Assembly: GCA_005881595.1 (NCBI GenBank)
Contig: VBBY01000021.1
Coordinates: forward strand, 39,977-103,976
Length of the DNA: 64,000 nucleotides
DNA from: Betaproteobacteria bacterium
Lineage (GTDB): Bacteria > Pseudomonadota > Gammaproteobacteria > Burkholderiales > SG8-39
Direction of reading: 5' to 3'
The translations under genes and the position numbers were made by a program. Of this stretch, positions 63,077-64,000 are shown in pieces. The notes below the pieces were generated by a model, which was not told where the DNA came from, ran no database searches, and saw only the letters and a program-made list of their open reading frames with translations. How positions within the stretch are numbered: the first letter of the stretch is position 1; the number at the start of each line of letters is the position of its first letter.

Positions 63077-63978
63077 CGCAGGTTCGCAACCCCGTAGGGC
63101 ACGTGGCCCGCGGCGACATGCGCGCGCGCGGAATCGACGTGGCCGCGCTGGTCGTCGAAGTAGAAGTCCGGCTCGAAGGCCTTCAGGAACGCGCCCTTGT
63201 CGAGGCCACCGAGAAACATCGCCTCGTCCACCGCGATGTTCCAGTCCATGAGCGTGCGCACCGCGCGCTCGTGGGCCGGCGCGCTGCGCGCGGTCACCAG
63301 CGCGGTGCGCAGGCGCATCGGCACGTCGGTGCCGGCGGCCGCCTGCAGGCGCTGCAGCGCTTCGAGCAGCGGCTTGAACGGGCCCGGCGGCAGCGGCTGC
63401 AGCGCATGCGCCGCCTCATGGCGCGTAAACGCATCCAGGCCGTCTTTCTGATACACGCGCTCCGCCTCGTCGGAGAACAGGACCGCGTCGCCGTCGAAGG
63501 CGATGCGCACCTCGCCCGAGTGGCGGCTCGCCGCCTGCGCCGACTCCGGGTAGACGCGCGCCGCGGGCACCTTCGATTCGAGCGCGCTCATCACGTCGTT
63601 TTCGTTCGCCGACAGGAACAGGTTCGCCTTCAGCGCGTCGAGGTAGCGATACGGGTTCGCCCCGCGCGTGAATACGCCGCGCTCCAGGCGCAGCCCCGCG
63701 CGCTCGGCCGAGCGGAACACCCGCAGGCCCGACACCGGGTCGTTCTTCGACAGGATCACCACCTCGACGCGTTGCGCCTGCGGCGTATTGAAGGCGAGGA
63801 GCTTCTTTACCAGCGCAAAGGCGACCCCTTCGCGCGCCGGCACGTCCAGGCGCGCGAGCTGCAGCGCGATATAGGCGCCCTCGCCGTCGCGCTCGAAAAC
63901 GCGGTTCTCGTCCTCGAAGTCGAGCAACGCGCGCGACGAAATCGCGACGACCAGCTTGCCTTCGACCGAGTACGGCAC
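63073..63978 (-). CDS. 5'-nucleotidase family protein (HAD-like; PF06189-type from memory)
   Basis: 301 aa, GTG start. KLVVAISSRALLDFEDENRVFE...IAFDGDAVLFSDEAERVY...LVTARSAPAHERAVRTL...FLGGLDKGAFLKAFEPDFYFDDQ. Confidence 0.75.
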   Translation of the reverse strand: MPYSVEGKLVVAISSRALLDFEDENRVFERDGEGAYIALQLARLDVPAREGVAFALVKKLLAFNTPQAQRVEVVILSKNDPVSGLRVFRSAERAGLRLERGVFTRGANPYRYLDALKANLFLSANENDVMSALESKVPAARVYPESAQAASRHSGEVRIAFDGDAVLFSDEAERVYQKDGLDAFTRHEAAHALQPLPPGPFKPLLEALQRLQAAAGTDVPMRLRTALVTARSAPAHERAVRTLMDWNIAVDEAMFLGGLDKGAFLKAFEPDFYFDDQRGHVDSARAHVAAGHVPYGVANLR

Positions 63979-64000
63979 GCACTGAATTTAGCACTGTTTG

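Overview
High-GC, very compact bacterial chromosome segment. Its synteny looks betaproteobacterial (petABC-sspAB; murA-hisGDCBHAFIE-HIT-tatABC; mlaFED-mlaA-mlaCB; kdsDC-lptCAB-rpoN-ptsN-hprK-rapZ), but no organism can be assigned from sequence alone. About 75% of the window is ordinary core metabolism and envelope housekeeping, mostly on the minus strand up to 26 kb and on the plus strand after 47 kb. The one clearly accessory block is about 26.0-45.1 kb. It is a tightly packed locus for a pilus- or type II secretion-like machine that mixes MSHA type IVa pilus parts (MshL/M/N/E/G-like) with T2SS-like parts (GspA/B/K/L/M-like). The block is bracketed by an NtrC-family sigma-54 activator and a polytopic histidine kinase. 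It is flanked and interrupted by a split ABC ATPase/permease pair, and it ends in a pilin gene behind a textbook -24/-12 sigma-54 promoter with two upstream dyad repeats. rpoN itself lies 5 kb downstream. A second notable region (54.7-59.6 kb) is a partner-switching set (STAS antagonist, CHASE2-PP2C phosphatase, RsbW-like kinase) interleaved with MBL, OmpA and FecR-domain genes. Next to it is an HD-GYP protein whose HD histidine is replaced by Gln. Smaller oddities:
- two genes whose only plausible starts are CTG codons in CTGA overlaps;
- three convergent gene pairs sharing a CTAG stop/stop overlap;
- tandem PA2779-like paralogs;
- intra-operon hairpins at tatA/tatB and murA/hisG.
Many long ORFs in the supplied track are antisense or alternate-frame shadows typical of high-GC DNA and were not called. 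All homology statements come from reading motifs by eye; no searches were run.
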